The notes: generated from the sequence alone by a model not told the origin. A stretch of 64,000 nucleotides of DNA from Eledone cirrhosa (GCA_964016885.1 OZ024757.1:40796001-40860000); one strand, 5' to 3'. Positions 29,388 to 44,381 are shown, numbered from the stretch's first letter. A program made the numbers and translations.

Positions 29388-29490
29388 AACGAAGGAACTA
29401 TGCTAAGGAACCAGGTGGACCATACCGCACCAGAGTACTCGATACTTTGGGTAGTAGAGTGGGTAATAGGAAAAGAGTCAGGAGCCCGAT
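29388..29490 (+). mobile_element. Family D element, 3'-truncated
   Basis: (TA)n-ACGAAGGAACTATGCTAAGGAACCAGGTGGACCATA...GTAGTAGAGTGGGTAATAGGAAAAGAGTCAGG. Confidence 0.75.
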
Positions 29491-29545
29491 ATATATATTT
29501 AAATGTTGAGTATGTGTTGGTTGTTTACCAATACCTCAGTATGCA

Positions 29546-29611
<66 letters not shown>

Positions 29612-29742
29612 GTGATGTTTTTTTTACAAAATGAAAAATAACCGCGGTGTCCTACACGAGTGAAAGTATAAAGAAAAAGGGATGAAATCGAAAATGCAAC
29701 TGAAGTCTTATTTTTTTTAAAAATATATATATTTATTTGGTT

Positions 29743-29780
29743 CCTTTACCGGTTTCGCAGTTCTTCTGCTTTTCAAAAGG
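29743..29780 (-). ncRNA. Minimal hammerhead, U3-A8 variant (left arm)
   Basis: Exact reverse complement of 29853-29890. Confidence 0.7.
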
Positions 29781-29852
29781 TGAGTTGAGATGGAGGGTCT
29801 GTGGTTTTTCTCACAGATGTGAGAAAAACCACAGACCCTCCATCTCAACTCA

Positions 29853-29890
29853 CCTTTTGAAAAGCAGAAGAACTGCGAAACCGGTAAAGG
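29853..29890 (+). ncRNA. Minimal hammerhead, U3-A8 variant (right arm)
   Basis: CCTT-TTGAAAA-GCAG-AAGAA-CTGC-GAAA-CCGG-TA-AAGG, followed by AATAAA. Stems I and II are perfect and stem III is the palindrome ACCGGT. Confidence 0.72.
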
Positions 29891-30470
29891 AACCAAATAA
29901 ATATATATATATATTTTTTTTAAAATAAGACTCCAGTTGCATTTTCGATTTCATCTCTTTTTCTTTATATATATATATATATATAGATAGATAGATAGAT
30001 ATATATGAGAGGGCCTACGAAACCTGAACTGCCCTAGGCCAACCCACCATAGTATAAATGCCGTTCTAAATGTACACTGAATTGTCTCACTATTTATTCA
30101 GTCTAAGCACATTACACATTATTCAACAGGCCTCCTACGCCGTCCTAATTTTAACGAGAAGAGCTGCCAGATCTGCTCAAACTCTTTTCTCTCACTGCTC
30201 CATGAAGACTATTAACTGAGAATATAAACTGCTGTCACGTCCGTAGCAAGATTTATCTATGATTTGCTTCACTCAATTAAACTGGTGCTACTCTACACAT
30301 CTTAAAAGCCTTTTATGGCTTACAAGATACATCTTTTTTTCTTTTCTACATTGGAATTATCGATCTATATATACCTAAAACCATATGACACTAAAACTAC
30401 TACATTGTACTGTCTTTCGTCATTCGGTTTATCTCTCTCTGTCTCTCTCTCTTTCTCTCTTGTATTTATA

Positions 30471-30672
<202 letters not shown>

Positions 30673-31187
30673 ACTAATGTTGCCACTCTGAATCATACGA
30701 TATATCGAATACCTCTTTGATTTGTGGTTTTCCCGGTCCCTGATCCAAATCCAAAATTACAATTAAGATCATTGCAATTTACTCCACACTATATTATCCA
30801 TGATTGCAGTATCCCAGCTCAGCTGTTATAAAAACCATATATCTCAAAGCGACAGATTCTCCGCTGCTATTTCTAGTATATTTTGATAGACCAGTTTGAA
30901 GCGCTCTCCTCTGGTGTTCTTATTTAGCAGACGCATATATAGTTCTTCTCTTCAGTGAGGTCATCAACCGCTAACACGTTCTGCTAGCATGTTCTCCTAC
31001 ACTAAATATCCTCCCAGTTATAATATAGAATATAGAGAGAAAGAAGTTTGCAGGGGAATAAAACGGAAGCAAATGTAATATGAAGAATTATTATTTAAAA
31101 AATAATAACAACTTCACAATACTAGCGTCGGATTGATATCACATATAGAGAATTTATAGCATGTACACAGACACACACACATACACG

Positions 31188-31376
<189 letters not shown>

Positions 31377-31378
31377 TT

Positions 31379-31525
<147 letters not shown>

Positions 31526-31912
31526 AGTAGGTAGGTGAATAGGGACGTATGGGGTACGTAGGTAAGATGATTCCCAAACCCGTATCTATATGCATATTTA
31601 CGTCTGCATGTGCATGCATGTGTGTGCATGTGTGTGCATGTGTGTGCATTTGTGTATGTTTAAATATGCAGAGAAGCATAAACACACCAAAAAAAAAAAG
31701 AAAAACAGAAAAAAACTACAACAACAAAAGCATGTTCCAGGGTGTATCAACAGCAATTATGCAGAGTATAACATACGTAATTCCTGTAAGGAACTAAAAC
31801 ATAATCTTAAATATCCAATGCATATCAGAGAAAATGTCTGCAATGGCATTCGGCTAAAAGTTAAGAACCAAATCAAACCAAATAACAAGACATACATACA
31901 TACATACATACA

Positions 31913-31948
<36 letters not shown>

Positions 31949-32060
31949 TACATACATACATACATATATATATACATACATACATACATACATATATACA
32001 TACATACATATATATATACATACATACAAAAAATGAAAGTTTATAATTTGAATTTACATT

Positions 32061-32255
32061 ACATGCAAATGTAATTTGCAGACAAAGGACTAAGATTGAC
32101 GTGGAAGAGGTGGAGTCTAGCTCACATGTAGATGTAATTTGCAGCCTAAAGCTGAAGGTGGAACAGGTGAAGGATAGCTCATATATAGATGTGATTTGCA
32201 GACTTAGCTGGAGGTGGAACAGGTGAAGGTTAGCTCACGTGTAGATGTGATTTCT
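32061..32255. repeat. Degenerate minisatellite, ~56-63-bp unit, ~3.5 copies
   Basis: AGATGT(A/G)ATTTGCAG...GGTGGAACAGGTGAAGG.TAGCTC repeated at 32061, 32124, 32181 and 32237. Confidence 0.8.
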
Positions 32256-32483
32256 CTAGAGAATATTATTTTGGAATTGAATTCATCGTATGAATATATA
32301 CATAGAGAGGTATATTGTGATTTCAGCTTCTCTTTTGTCGAGAGAATAAATAATTCTAGTGTTGCTAGTAATCCATGGCAAAACTGATGCTGATGGTGTC
32401 CAGTATGTCAGCAGGGATACGCTAGCCACTGACTGATAGAGGTAAAACATGTACTCAAAAATATACACACGCACAGACAAAGT

Positions 32484-32558
<75 letters not shown>

Positions 32559-32768
32559 CTTTGTCTGTGCATGTGTATATATATATATATATGTATAAAG
32601 AGAGAGATAGAGAGAGAGGGGGGGAGGGAGAGGGAGAGAGAGAGAGACAGAGAGAGAGACCATTTTTAAAATTGATATCCAAAACATAATTATTTTATCT
32701 GACGAATCATTTAATCTCTTGAAACGTTCGGTAATGAAATAAATTTATTGTGTTGTTTATTATGTAAT

Positions 32769-32815
<47 letters not shown>

Positions 32816-32913
32816 ATAATAATAAATTTGAAGACTAAAATCCAAAGAGAGCTCGATAAGGATAAATAAATATCAAATATATAAGAACCGTAGAGCAAAT
32901 ATTTATTATTTTA

Positions 32914-32986
<73 letters not shown>

Positions 32987-32990
32987 ATAC

Positions 32991-33084
<94 letters not shown>

Positions 33085-33195
33085 AAGAAAGCGAAACTCC
33101 AGAGGAACCAGACTCACTATGCTGAAGTAAATGTGTATTAAAAATCTACTTCAGTATTGAGCACTCTTTTCTTTCATCCGTCAACCAGATACGGA

Positions 33196-33266
<71 letters not shown>

Positions 33267-33310
33267 TGACGAAACATAAGTCAATTGCATGAACTCATAA
33301 TCCTTTATTT

Positions 33311-33366
33311 ATTGCTATATATATTTCGATGATAGCCATTGAATGGCTATGACCTCATCAGGCAGT
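33311..33366 (-). ncRNA. Hammerhead ribozyme, family B
   Basis: Minus strand reads ACTGC-CTGATGA-GGTCATAGCCA-TTCAA-TGGCTATCATC-GAAA-TATATA-TA-GCAAT. It is flanked by a perfect 24-bp inverted repeat (33267-33290 / 33432-33455). Confidence 0.78.
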
Positions 33367-33542
33367 TAGTCAGTTCTTAGATATGCCAGCTCTGTGTTTA
33401 TAGTGTTGATGGTATCAGAGCCTTGGGACATATGCAATTGACTTATGTTTCGTCACTTTTATAACTCCGGAACTTACATCTTCGTTGAGTGCTCCCTATC
33501 CGCATACTGAAGTACTGGATTTTACCAACACCTACTTTCTTG

Positions 33543-33605
<63 letters not shown>

Positions 33606-33862
33606 AGCCATGTGTTCTATATACTCAATTCCTGATTAATCTTCTCAAGAGAAAGAACCACAAGCAGAGTTAACCATTACCTACACCAGACAGTTTTCTA
33701 TTACAACCTATTTCTTCAGAAATTACATTTGCATATAATGTAAATTCACGGTACTCAACACAAATACAACACCTTAATTGCTTACTTATTTTCCTTACAT
33801 CTCAGACTGAATCTATCCGGAGATTCTCAAAGCCGAGACACTATACATATATATATATATAT

Positions 33863-34055
33863 TTAGGAACGAGTAGAACCCCGTCGGCTGAGCTCAAGCC
33901 GTTTCGACGGCTAGTTCTGGACTGAACTAGCCGTCGATACGGCTTGAGCTCAGCCGTAGATGACCTACTTGTTCCTATTACCCACTCTACTACCCTAAGT
34001 ATTGAGTACTTTGGTGCGTTATGGTCCACCTGGTTCCTTACCACATTTCCTTCGT

Positions 34056-34057
<2 letters not shown>
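33863..34057 (-). mobile_element. Family D element, full hairpin form
   Basis: Reverse-complement homologue of 17542-17740, lying between TA tracts. Confidence 0.85.
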
Positions 34058-34154
<97 letters not shown>

Positions 34155-34465
34155 CTGCCGGCCTGCTACCGCTACGTATGCAAATGAGGTTCATCAGCTA
34201 ATATAAAATGGAGAGAAATCTATGAGATTCTACCTTATTTTTGTCTCAGCGGAAACTAAGTGGCTAGGCAACCAACAAGGAGAAACAGCGTGTCAGTTGC
34301 TTCCCCTGATTTTTTTTCTGTGAATAAGGGATGTCTGGTGGTGGTCACAAGACCATATAACATCTGTCAGCCAGATGATGAGACAAATACGCTTATATCT
34401 ATTTATCCATCTCTCTCTCTGTCTTTGTCCACTCTCTTTCTGTCTCTCTGTCCCCTAAATATTCT

Positions 34466-34606
<141 letters not shown>

Positions 34607-34629
34607 CAGATATTCATATATATATATAT

Positions 34630-34766
34630 ATATTTATTAAAATAACAGATTAAAGTTTAAGCAAAGAATCGCAGCTTTCACCCTTAACGGGATCTTCAGA
34701 AGATCCCGTTAAGGGTGAAAGCTGCGATTCTTTGCTTAAACTTTAATCTGTTATTTTAATAAATAT
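34630..34766. repeat. Perfect palindrome (68-bp arms, 1-nt spacer at 34698) of an HHR-like family C sequence
   Basis: GGGATCTTC-A-GAAGATCCC centre; a single-arm homologue lies at 51880-51952. Confidence 0.95.
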
Positions 34767-34848
34767 TTGCTCTACGGTTCTTATATATTTGATATATATT
34801 TTCCTTATCGAGCCCTCTTTGGATTTTAGTCTTCAATTTTATTATTAT

Positions 34849-34908
<60 letters not shown>

Positions 34909-34909
34909 G

Positions 34910-34945
<36 letters not shown>

Positions 34946-34954
34946 CATATATAT

Positions 34955-35028
<74 letters not shown>

Positions 35029-35346
35029 CATATATATATGTCTCTGTGTATGTGTGCACGTTGAAAAATGCATGCGGAGAGATGTAAGAGTACATAAAGA
35101 GAGAATAACGGACATAAACACTCATATACAAACGAATTGATTTATAAATTCAAAGACAAATACTGAAAGATTAAACCAGTTCTGTGGTCAACAGACGTAA
35201 ATGTATGTCTATAGACAATACTAAACTTTAGGAACAGAGTCAGATCAACAAATATATATTGATACACATACATACGTTAGAAGTCATTGGAACTTATAAA
35301 ACACTTTAATGTATAAATAAAATAATTTTTTGTTCAAATATGTGTG

Positions 35347-35386
<40 letters not shown>

Positions 35387-35530
35387 TAACCATACATCTA
35401 TATGTATACGTATATATATATGTATATATATATATATACATACATACACACATATATATATATATATATATATACATACATACGTACATATATATACCTC
35501 TTTGAGTCTAAACTCTAAGCTATTTATATA

Positions 35531-35572
<42 letters not shown>

Positions 35573-35584
35573 GGTATATATATG

Positions 35585-35669
<85 letters not shown>

Positions 35670-35973
35670 GCACTCAACATATATCAAATGAAATCCGAAA
35701 TATTTGTGAAGCACGTAGTGTCTTCCACAGAATTGTATCATCAGAATCTATTTTCTTTCTGACAGTCATGTTTCAAAATTAATGGCCTCAGACTCTTTTA
35801 TGCCAATATCACGTTAATGCCAAACAGCATTTACTTCATATGCTCCCCCTCCCCCTCCTCAAGCCAGACAGTGTCAACGTTTCAACGTTTCTGAATCATC
35901 GTCGTCATTTTATACATGTTTATGGTTGTGTAGAGTAGTGTAAGGGTTACAGTACGGATTTTTTTTACAAAAC

Positions 35974-36007
<34 letters not shown>

Positions 36008-36058
36008 AAATAAAATAAAATAAATAAGTCAAATGTTTAAAATTTGGCTTCGTTTATT

Positions 36059-36113
36059 ACTGCTATATATATTTCGGTGACAGCCATCTTTGGCTGTGAC
36101 CTCTTCAGGCAGT
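36059..36113 (-). ncRNA. Hammerhead ribozyme, family B (best copy)
   Basis: Minus strand reads ACTGC-CTGAAGA-GGTCACAGCCA-AAGA-TGGCTGTCACC-GAAA-TATATA-TA-GCAGT, then AATAAA. Stem I is a perfect 5 bp. Confidence 0.85.
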
Positions 36114-36508
36114 CCGAATTAGTGTGGTCGAGACGTGTACACATGTTGTTGAGGTGTTTAACTTTGTCAATACTCTGATATGCCCAGTTCCTTGTTGGGT
36201 TGTTATTTCACTGAGGCACTGGAATCATATGAATTTAAACAAACGAATTTCAGCGTCAAAGGGCCTCTTCTCCTCTCATTGGTCAGTTGTTAGAACATTC
36301 CTCAGTCAAAAGTCTATAGAAATTCGTTCTGAGGCCGGCCAATCTGTAGTTGTTGTTCTTGTTATTGTTAGGTACATCTGACCTCTATTCTTATGTTGGC
36401 AGTGGTGTTGTTGTTGGAGTCAGCCCAATCTGCATACTAAGGTGTTGGTATACAACCAACATATACTCAAAATATATATATATATATGTTTGTGTGTGCG
36501 TGTGTGTA

Positions 36509-36568
<60 letters not shown>

Positions 36569-36591
36569 TATATATACATACTTATATACAT

Positions 36592-36649
<58 letters not shown>

Positions 36650-36855
36650 GTCTGATGGGGTTCAAAGCGGTACTAAAGTATATAGAGAAAATAGGATAAA
36701 TAAAGCAATACAAAGGTAAGGTTTTACTAAGTATAATTCGTCATAATATTTTAGAGCTGGTGCCCTCTTTTCAAATGTAAAACGAACACGGTTAAAAACA
36801 AAACGAATGAACGATCGGTATGTTCTAAAACATATATTTACCCACACACACACAT

Positions 36856-36905
<50 letters not shown>

Positions 36906-37209
36906 CTTCTATAGAACGTTAACAGTTTCATTCGCATGAATATGTATACGCACGTGTATATATGTATATGATGTATATGATGTATGTGTATCAGTATCAA
37001 TGTAGCATATGTGTGTGAGTGGAACCAGAAAAAAATATTTCTATTATATATGTATGTATGCGTATATATATGTATATATATTGCACCCTCACACTTGCCA
37101 ATAATTATCTGAGGTTCGTGTATCAAAACTTTTTATCCCTGACACTGAGATGGCAGATGTGTATATCTATTTTTCTCTATTCTATAGTGTATATATATAT
37201 ATATTTCGT

Positions 37210-37322
<113 letters not shown>

Positions 37323-37509
37323 ATCTCTATATATATATGTATTTATATATATACACAGATATATTGTATTATACTTATATATATTTCGTTAAACACATAT
37401 TTCGTTATGTATTTGTGAATTTCTTTTACAGGAGCTTCTTTCGTCCATATTTTTTTCACTTTTTCCCATCGATCTATATAATAATGTACATATAGATATA
37501 TATAAATAC

Positions 37510-37622
<113 letters not shown>

Positions 37623-38108
37623 CACATATATACATATACATATATATATTGTCATGAAGAGAGTGAAAGAGTGGGGCTGCTGGTGAGGAAATGCAGCAGA
37701 GAGGGGTTGTATAACGTTTTGAAATTAATGAGCTCTCACAAAAATGTGACGTGCATTTTTTTGTAAGCGCTTTCTTTCATCAATCTCCTTGTATTTCTTG
37801 AAGAACTGGAGAGACTTCTGGTGGTGTATACATACATACATACACGCATATATATATATATATATATATATATGTCAAAATATTGGAGTCATACATGGAA
37901 TCCATAATCAGTGTTAACCACTAAAAGTGAGTAATTATAGGTTCTCCAAGTGCAAAGTATGAAAATGACATTTTCTATATGTGTGTATGTATATATATAT
38001 TAGGTATATATATATGTGTACGTATTTATGTATATATGTATGTGTGTATGACTCTATCTATGTGTGCATGTATGAATGTGTTTCCATGCATGCACCTATG
38101 TAGATATG

Positions 38109-38154
<46 letters not shown>

Positions 38155-38155
<1 letters not shown>

Positions 38156-38328
38156 CGAAGGAAATGTGGTAAGGAACCAGGTGGACGCACCAAAGTACTC
38201 AATACTTGGGGTAGTAGAGTGGGTAATAGGAACCAGTAAGACCCCGACGGCTGAGCTCAAGCCGTTTCGACGTCCAGAATTAGCCGTCGAAACGGCTTGA
38301 GCTCAGCCGTCGGGGTCTTACTGGTTCC

Positions 38329-38330
<2 letters not shown>
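38155..38330 (+). mobile_element. Family D element, full hairpin form
   Basis: Same ends as 17542-17740 with a shorter loop; inserted in (TA)n. Confidence 0.85.
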
Positions 38331-38365
<35 letters not shown>

Positions 38366-38429
38366 AAAATATATATTTTGATACTTTCGAGGAAAAGAAA
38401 TAATGGGATGAGCACCAGAGTTAAATCAT

Positions 38430-38516
<87 letters not shown>

Positions 38517-38964
38517 CGTGTGGGGGGGGGCGTGTGTGTGTGTGAGTATTTAATACATAGAGAAATAAACCAAACATGGCAGCAATAAAATTATATAGAG
38601 ACTTGTGCAGAGCAAAAAAAACAGTATTATAGAGCTGTATAGCTTCTTCACCTATAATTATTTGCTGAAATCCTATTACTTTACACTATATATATGATAT
38701 ATTATGTTTGATATATTCACCAATAAAAACAGTTCTTTTAATACACATCGATCTACTTAATTTCTCTCAGCAAACATATGTATTTTCCCATATCATTTCC
38801 TGTTGGCGTTTTTTGGCAGGTTAAAAATTGGGAAGTTTTAAAAGGAATTTTATCTAGACCCATCCCACCGTATACAACTACCACCACGATCTAAAAGACA
38901 CCCAACACCTCATACGACAAATAACTAAAACTGACACCACCACAACCACACCTCAACATACAAC

Positions 38965-39250
38965 AACTATGACTACTACTACTACCACCACCACCATCAA
39001 TACTACTACTTCCACCAATACCACTACTACCACCACCAGTACCACTACCACCACCAATACCACTACCACCACCAATACCACTATCACCACCACCAATACC
39101 ACGACTACCACCACCAATACCACCACCACCATCAATACTACTACCTCCACCAATACCACTACTACCACCACCAATACCACTACCACCACCAATACCACTA
39201 CTACCACCACCAATACCACTACCACCACCAATACCACTACCACCACAACC
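38965..39250. repeat. (ACC/ACT/AAT) degenerate trinucleotide repeat
   Basis: Visible directly in the sequence. Confidence 0.9.
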
Positions 39251-39405
39251 TATCTATTGGAAACAACTAATTAAATACACATAAAAAAGAAGGCTAATAT
39301 CAACTTTGTATATAGACTATCACAATAAATATAGCATAAACTATTTTATTTATCAATATATATATTGCTCGGGTGGTGTGGATTATATATAAATAATATA
39401 CATAT

Positions 39406-39515
<110 letters not shown>

Positions 39516-39626
39516 ATCACATAGATATATATATGTGTGTGTATAAACGATGAAAGTATGATAGATAGTTTTACACTATATTGGCTTACGGCCATTATAA
39601 TGTAGCAAGATTTATTGCCAATTGAG

Positions 39627-39738
<112 letters not shown>

Positions 39739-39904
39739 AGAGGGGGAGTTTTGCATGAATGCTCGAATGAAATTGAAATGCTCCAGCACCCACACATATA
39801 GGAAGATATATATATATACATACACATATACATATTATATATAGTCCTATTTAAAAAGTATTTACATATATGATTACATATGCACGCATTGGATACCTAT
39901 ACGC

Positions 39905-39944
<40 letters not shown>

Positions 39945-40068
39945 TTGTGTGCTTGTATATATATAAGTGTGTGTATGTGTGTGTGAAGGTGTGGGTGTAT
40001 GTGTGTATGTATATATGTCCATTCCATTTAATAAGCTGCGGCTCTTAATTATATATATATATGTATAC

Positions 40069-40101
<33 letters not shown>

Positions 40102-40574
40102 CGTGTATGTATGTGTGCGTGTGTGTCTGCGTGTATGTTTATACAAATATACCTATACACAAACACACGTATGTTAATGTGTGTACACATGTATATATAT
40201 ATGTGTGTGGGGGAGGGTGTGTATGTGTTTGTGTTTGCCTCTATCAACACGTGTCGATAGGACGGTATGAGTTTATATTTCAAAATTTTTATGGTGTGTA
40301 CTTTGTGAGAAATATATTAAATATTTATACCGACACATCGAAAATGTAAACACTGTGATCTACATAGGCATGTTGTCCATAGTGCGTCTGTGAAACGGGC
40401 TTAACATTTTATTATTTCCTTATGTAATTCCAGGCTATATATATGTCTTCACGTATTTCTAAGAATATGGTTATATGTATGAAAATATCTGTGCCACACG
40501 CACACATAGGCACTCACTCACAGACACACACGTATACATATACATATATATTTATATATATATATATATGTTCA

Positions 40575-40614
<40 letters not shown>

Positions 40615-40618
<4 letters not shown>

Positions 40619-40729
40619 ATCAAGTATGATCTCGACGGCGGAGCTCAAGCCGTTTCGACGGCCAATTCTGGACTAAATAAGAAAGACTGGTAAATAAATT
40701 TCAACTGGTTCCTAACCACATTTCTTTCG

Positions 40730-40732
<3 letters not shown>
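40615..40732 (-). mobile_element. Family D element, internally deleted
   Basis: Both ends are retained and flanked by (TA)n. Confidence 0.7.
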
Positions 40733-40763
<31 letters not shown>

Positions 40764-40766
40764 ATG

Positions 40767-40800
<34 letters not shown>

Positions 40801-40878
40801 TATAAATACATAGTGAGAGAGATAGAGAGAAAAAGAGACTCCGACTGCATGTGGCAGGAAACAATATGTCAGTAGCTT

Positions 40879-41060
40879 CGTGAAATAAAGTGACTTGCTC
40901 AAGGACACAAGATGGCTGAAATAACGTGAAATAAATTGACTTGCTCGAGGACAAAATATCTGGCCCAACGTGAAATAAATTGTCTTCCTCAAAGCTAAAG
41001 CAAGCTGGAGCAACACGGAATGAAGTGTCTTGCTCAAGAGACAAGACACCGGGAATAGAA
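40879..41060 (-). mobile_element. CORE-type SINE segment, tandemly amplified about four times
   Basis: GTGAAATAAA.TG.CTTGCTC.AGGACA repeated about every 45 bp; its reverse complement is the CORE-like TGTCCTTGAGCAAG.CACTT. Confidence 0.6.
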
Positions 41061-41762
41061 CACGGGGTATCCACCCATGGACGGTTCAATTCTGAGCCGA
41101 CCACCATCAACAAAAATGCCCATGTCTTCACACATTATCAGGGACTATAAAGAGACTACCCTGATGTCTTTTAAACTGACCGTAGGTGAGACAGTTGAAT
41201 ATATCGATAAAAGCTCCTATGAAGGTAACTCTGTCAACGAAATATCACCGAGTAATTTAATACGATGCTTTACTTAAAAGGGAGCACAGGAGAATGAGTT
41301 GAATAATAATTATCAGGCGTTCAATATGAGTAGAAGATTCATTTCCATCGATGAGGAAACGAAATAGCTACCGACTAGATACTAAAATTTTATTCTGGGA
41401 TATATATATATTCTCTCATTAAGTTAATGTCACTGAAACAGTAGAAGAGCTCTTGATTGATTCAACCTACAGGACCTCCAAGCCATAAAATATAATGGAA
41501 ATAATAATAGCGTGATATCAAATATATATTTCACAGTTATTATATAGAATATATAGTTATCATATAGAATACAGTGAATGTATATTTCTTTCTATTTACA
41601 ATTACTCACGCACATTCACCAAATCACAAAAGAGCAAAAATATACGCATGCAGGCAACAGGATAATATATGAGGCTTTTATATACACACACACACACTCA
41701 CATATATTTATTTATATATGTATATATATATATATGTGCGTGTGTGTGTGTATATATAAAAC

Positions 41763-42348
41763 ATGGTAACATGTATCCCAGTACAACCTGTCTCATGGTC
41801 GGGTCGTTGGCGACTAAACTGGCAACCCCACCAAGGTTTCTTGGTGAGGAGGGTGACTTTGGACATCCTGCAGGACTAAAAACAAAACCTGTCAAAGGGC
41901 AAGGGAGCTCTTAAGACTCAATAGCCATCCAAAATCACCGGGAGAGATGACCCCTTAGCCTTTGTCAAGGCAGAATTCTAGGAGAAGGAAAACTCTGATA
42001 TAACACCTGCAACCCTGATGGTATCCAATGATGTTGACTTGTTCTTCTTTTTGGTAAATATCATCTTGGTTAAGAGAGTGGGACTGGCTTTGTGCAGTGC
42101 CTTTGCTCACTATAAAAGCTTCACAGCACAGGCATTGCTTTATATCTGGAGATCTCTCTGCACTTGTCATCACATGGTACCATGGGCCCTGCACTATGTG
42201 TCAATAATGGTCACAAGTGTAGTCTTTGTGCCAGAGTTTTCAAGTCGCTGGCTGGACTAAAAAGTCACATTCGTTCAGCGCATCGGTAGGGGTTCTCCTA
42301 CATATGGATATAAAGTAGTGGCCGTACTCGAAAACGAGTTGGCAGCCA

Positions 42349-42351
<3 letters not shown>
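41763..42351 (+). mobile_element. RTE-5'UTR-like non-autonomous element
   Basis: Contains CTAGGAGAAGGAAAACTCTGAT, recalled as an RTE 5'UTR motif. Homologues lie at 24020-24437 and 5778-6000. Confidence 0.6.
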
Positions 42352-42419
<68 letters not shown>

Positions 42420-42633
42420 TGAATGGGTTCAATAAAAGTTGCGTCCGCGGGGGTTCTGCCGGGTGAACCCTCGATGCTCGCGCAGAGCAGAATATAATAC
42501 TATAAGAATAAAGGAACAAAGAATCAATGTTGCATCATAACATATTTAATAACATATTACATATGTTTCACTGTCGATCAGCTCGAGGAACTATCTATTA
42601 TTGATCGAACCTGTCTCTGGAATCGAAAGATCG

Positions 42634-42674
<41 letters not shown>

Positions 42675-42770
42675 CGTATGTTTGTGAGACCTGCGTTCAA
42701 TCGGGTATAACAACAGTAAGGTACTCAATACATTAGTAGATTGTGCACATCATGTTTAATGCAGAACAAA

Positions 42771-42822
42771 GCTTCTACAGGACTAGAACATTTTCATTGG
42801 AAAGAAACCACCAGGAAAGCCT
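42771..42822 (-). ncRNA. Degenerate family G hammerhead
   Basis: GGCTTTC-CTGGTGG-TTTCTTTCCAAT-GAAA-ATG-TTCTAGTC-CTG-TA-GAAGC; the core is mutated. Confidence 0.45.
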
Positions 42823-42869
42823 GTCGAATCGACAAGAATTAAGCTGACAGGGCGAACTCTTTCTAATTC

Positions 42870-43539
<670 letters not shown>

Positions 43540-43597
43540 GAGTGTGTGTGTAGATAAAACCGTTTTCGTACTGTTGACCATGTTATTCTTCACTCTT

Positions 43598-43654
<57 letters not shown>

Positions 43655-43844
43655 TTATTTTTGAGTGTTTAATGTATAAATATATATTTATTTAATCCAA
43701 GTAGTAATGAGTGTATATAGATAATTAAGTAAGTGGCTTAGTATCTCTACGTAAATCATCAGTTAAGTAGCACGGCATCTCTTTAGCAAGATACCTGAAA
43801 AATAGGTAGGTGGTCTGTTAGGTATAATTTGTAAATGTTTAAAA

Positions 43845-44010
43845 TGCTAAGGAATTCCTTTCGCAACCACGTGGTTCTCGGTTAAGTCATATTGAGCGGC
43901 TCCTAGTGTAAACACACTCTACATTGCCCCTAGGGGTTTTGCTTCTCGGGGTTAACCAATAACTTGTGAGAAGCGTTAGGTAGATAGAAACTGCAAAAGG
44001 CCTTCATGTA
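43845..44010 (+). mobile_element. Degenerate tRNA-derived SINE (third family)
   Basis: CAACCACGTGGTTCTCGGTT...CTCGGGG..AACCAA...CTTGTGAG...GGTAGATAGAAACTG resembles a recalled octopus SINE consensus. Confidence 0.45.
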
Positions 44011-44218
44011 TAATATATATATATATATATACGCAGGGTAGACCACTTGATGAGGTGCACAGATGGTGCACATATATAGATTTACATATATCAGCAAAAT
44101 AGTATAGTGTTATATATACATGTGTGTGTGTGTAAAAGGTAAACAGAAATAACAACACAATCAGTACAGTATATGGAATGAATATATTAGGTTAACGCTT
44201 GATATAGCAGGTAGAGGG

Positions 44219-44254
44219 TCTTAACGTTTCGGACGCTAGTCCTTCATCAGAAGA
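44219..44254 (-). ncRNA. Minimal hammerhead, family A (within element 44135-44358)
   Basis: Identical to 27156-27191. Confidence 0.8.
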
Positions 44255-44381
44255 AAGAATTAGAAATAAGATAGATTGAAGGGAAGGGTGGAGGGGAATT
44301 TGAAAAAATGATTTTTGAGTAAAATAACAGGTACATCAATAACGTTGCCATCACTTATAGATATATATATGTGTGTGTGAG

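Larger units (their letters stand above)
29667..29969. repeat. Near-perfect palindrome (~150-bp arms, 2-nt spacer at 29816-29817) carrying two divergent HHRs
   Basis: CTCACA-GA-TGTGAG centre; the arms differ only in their outer parts. Confidence 0.95.

Noticed and set aside
41776-41825. Possible HDV-like ribozyme in the RTE-5'UTR-like element (CCAGT...GG-TCG-TTGG-CGA-CTAA-ACTGG)
   Set aside because: P2- and P4-like pairings are visible, but P1, P3 and L3 could not be built, and the homologue at 24.4 kb breaks the pairing.
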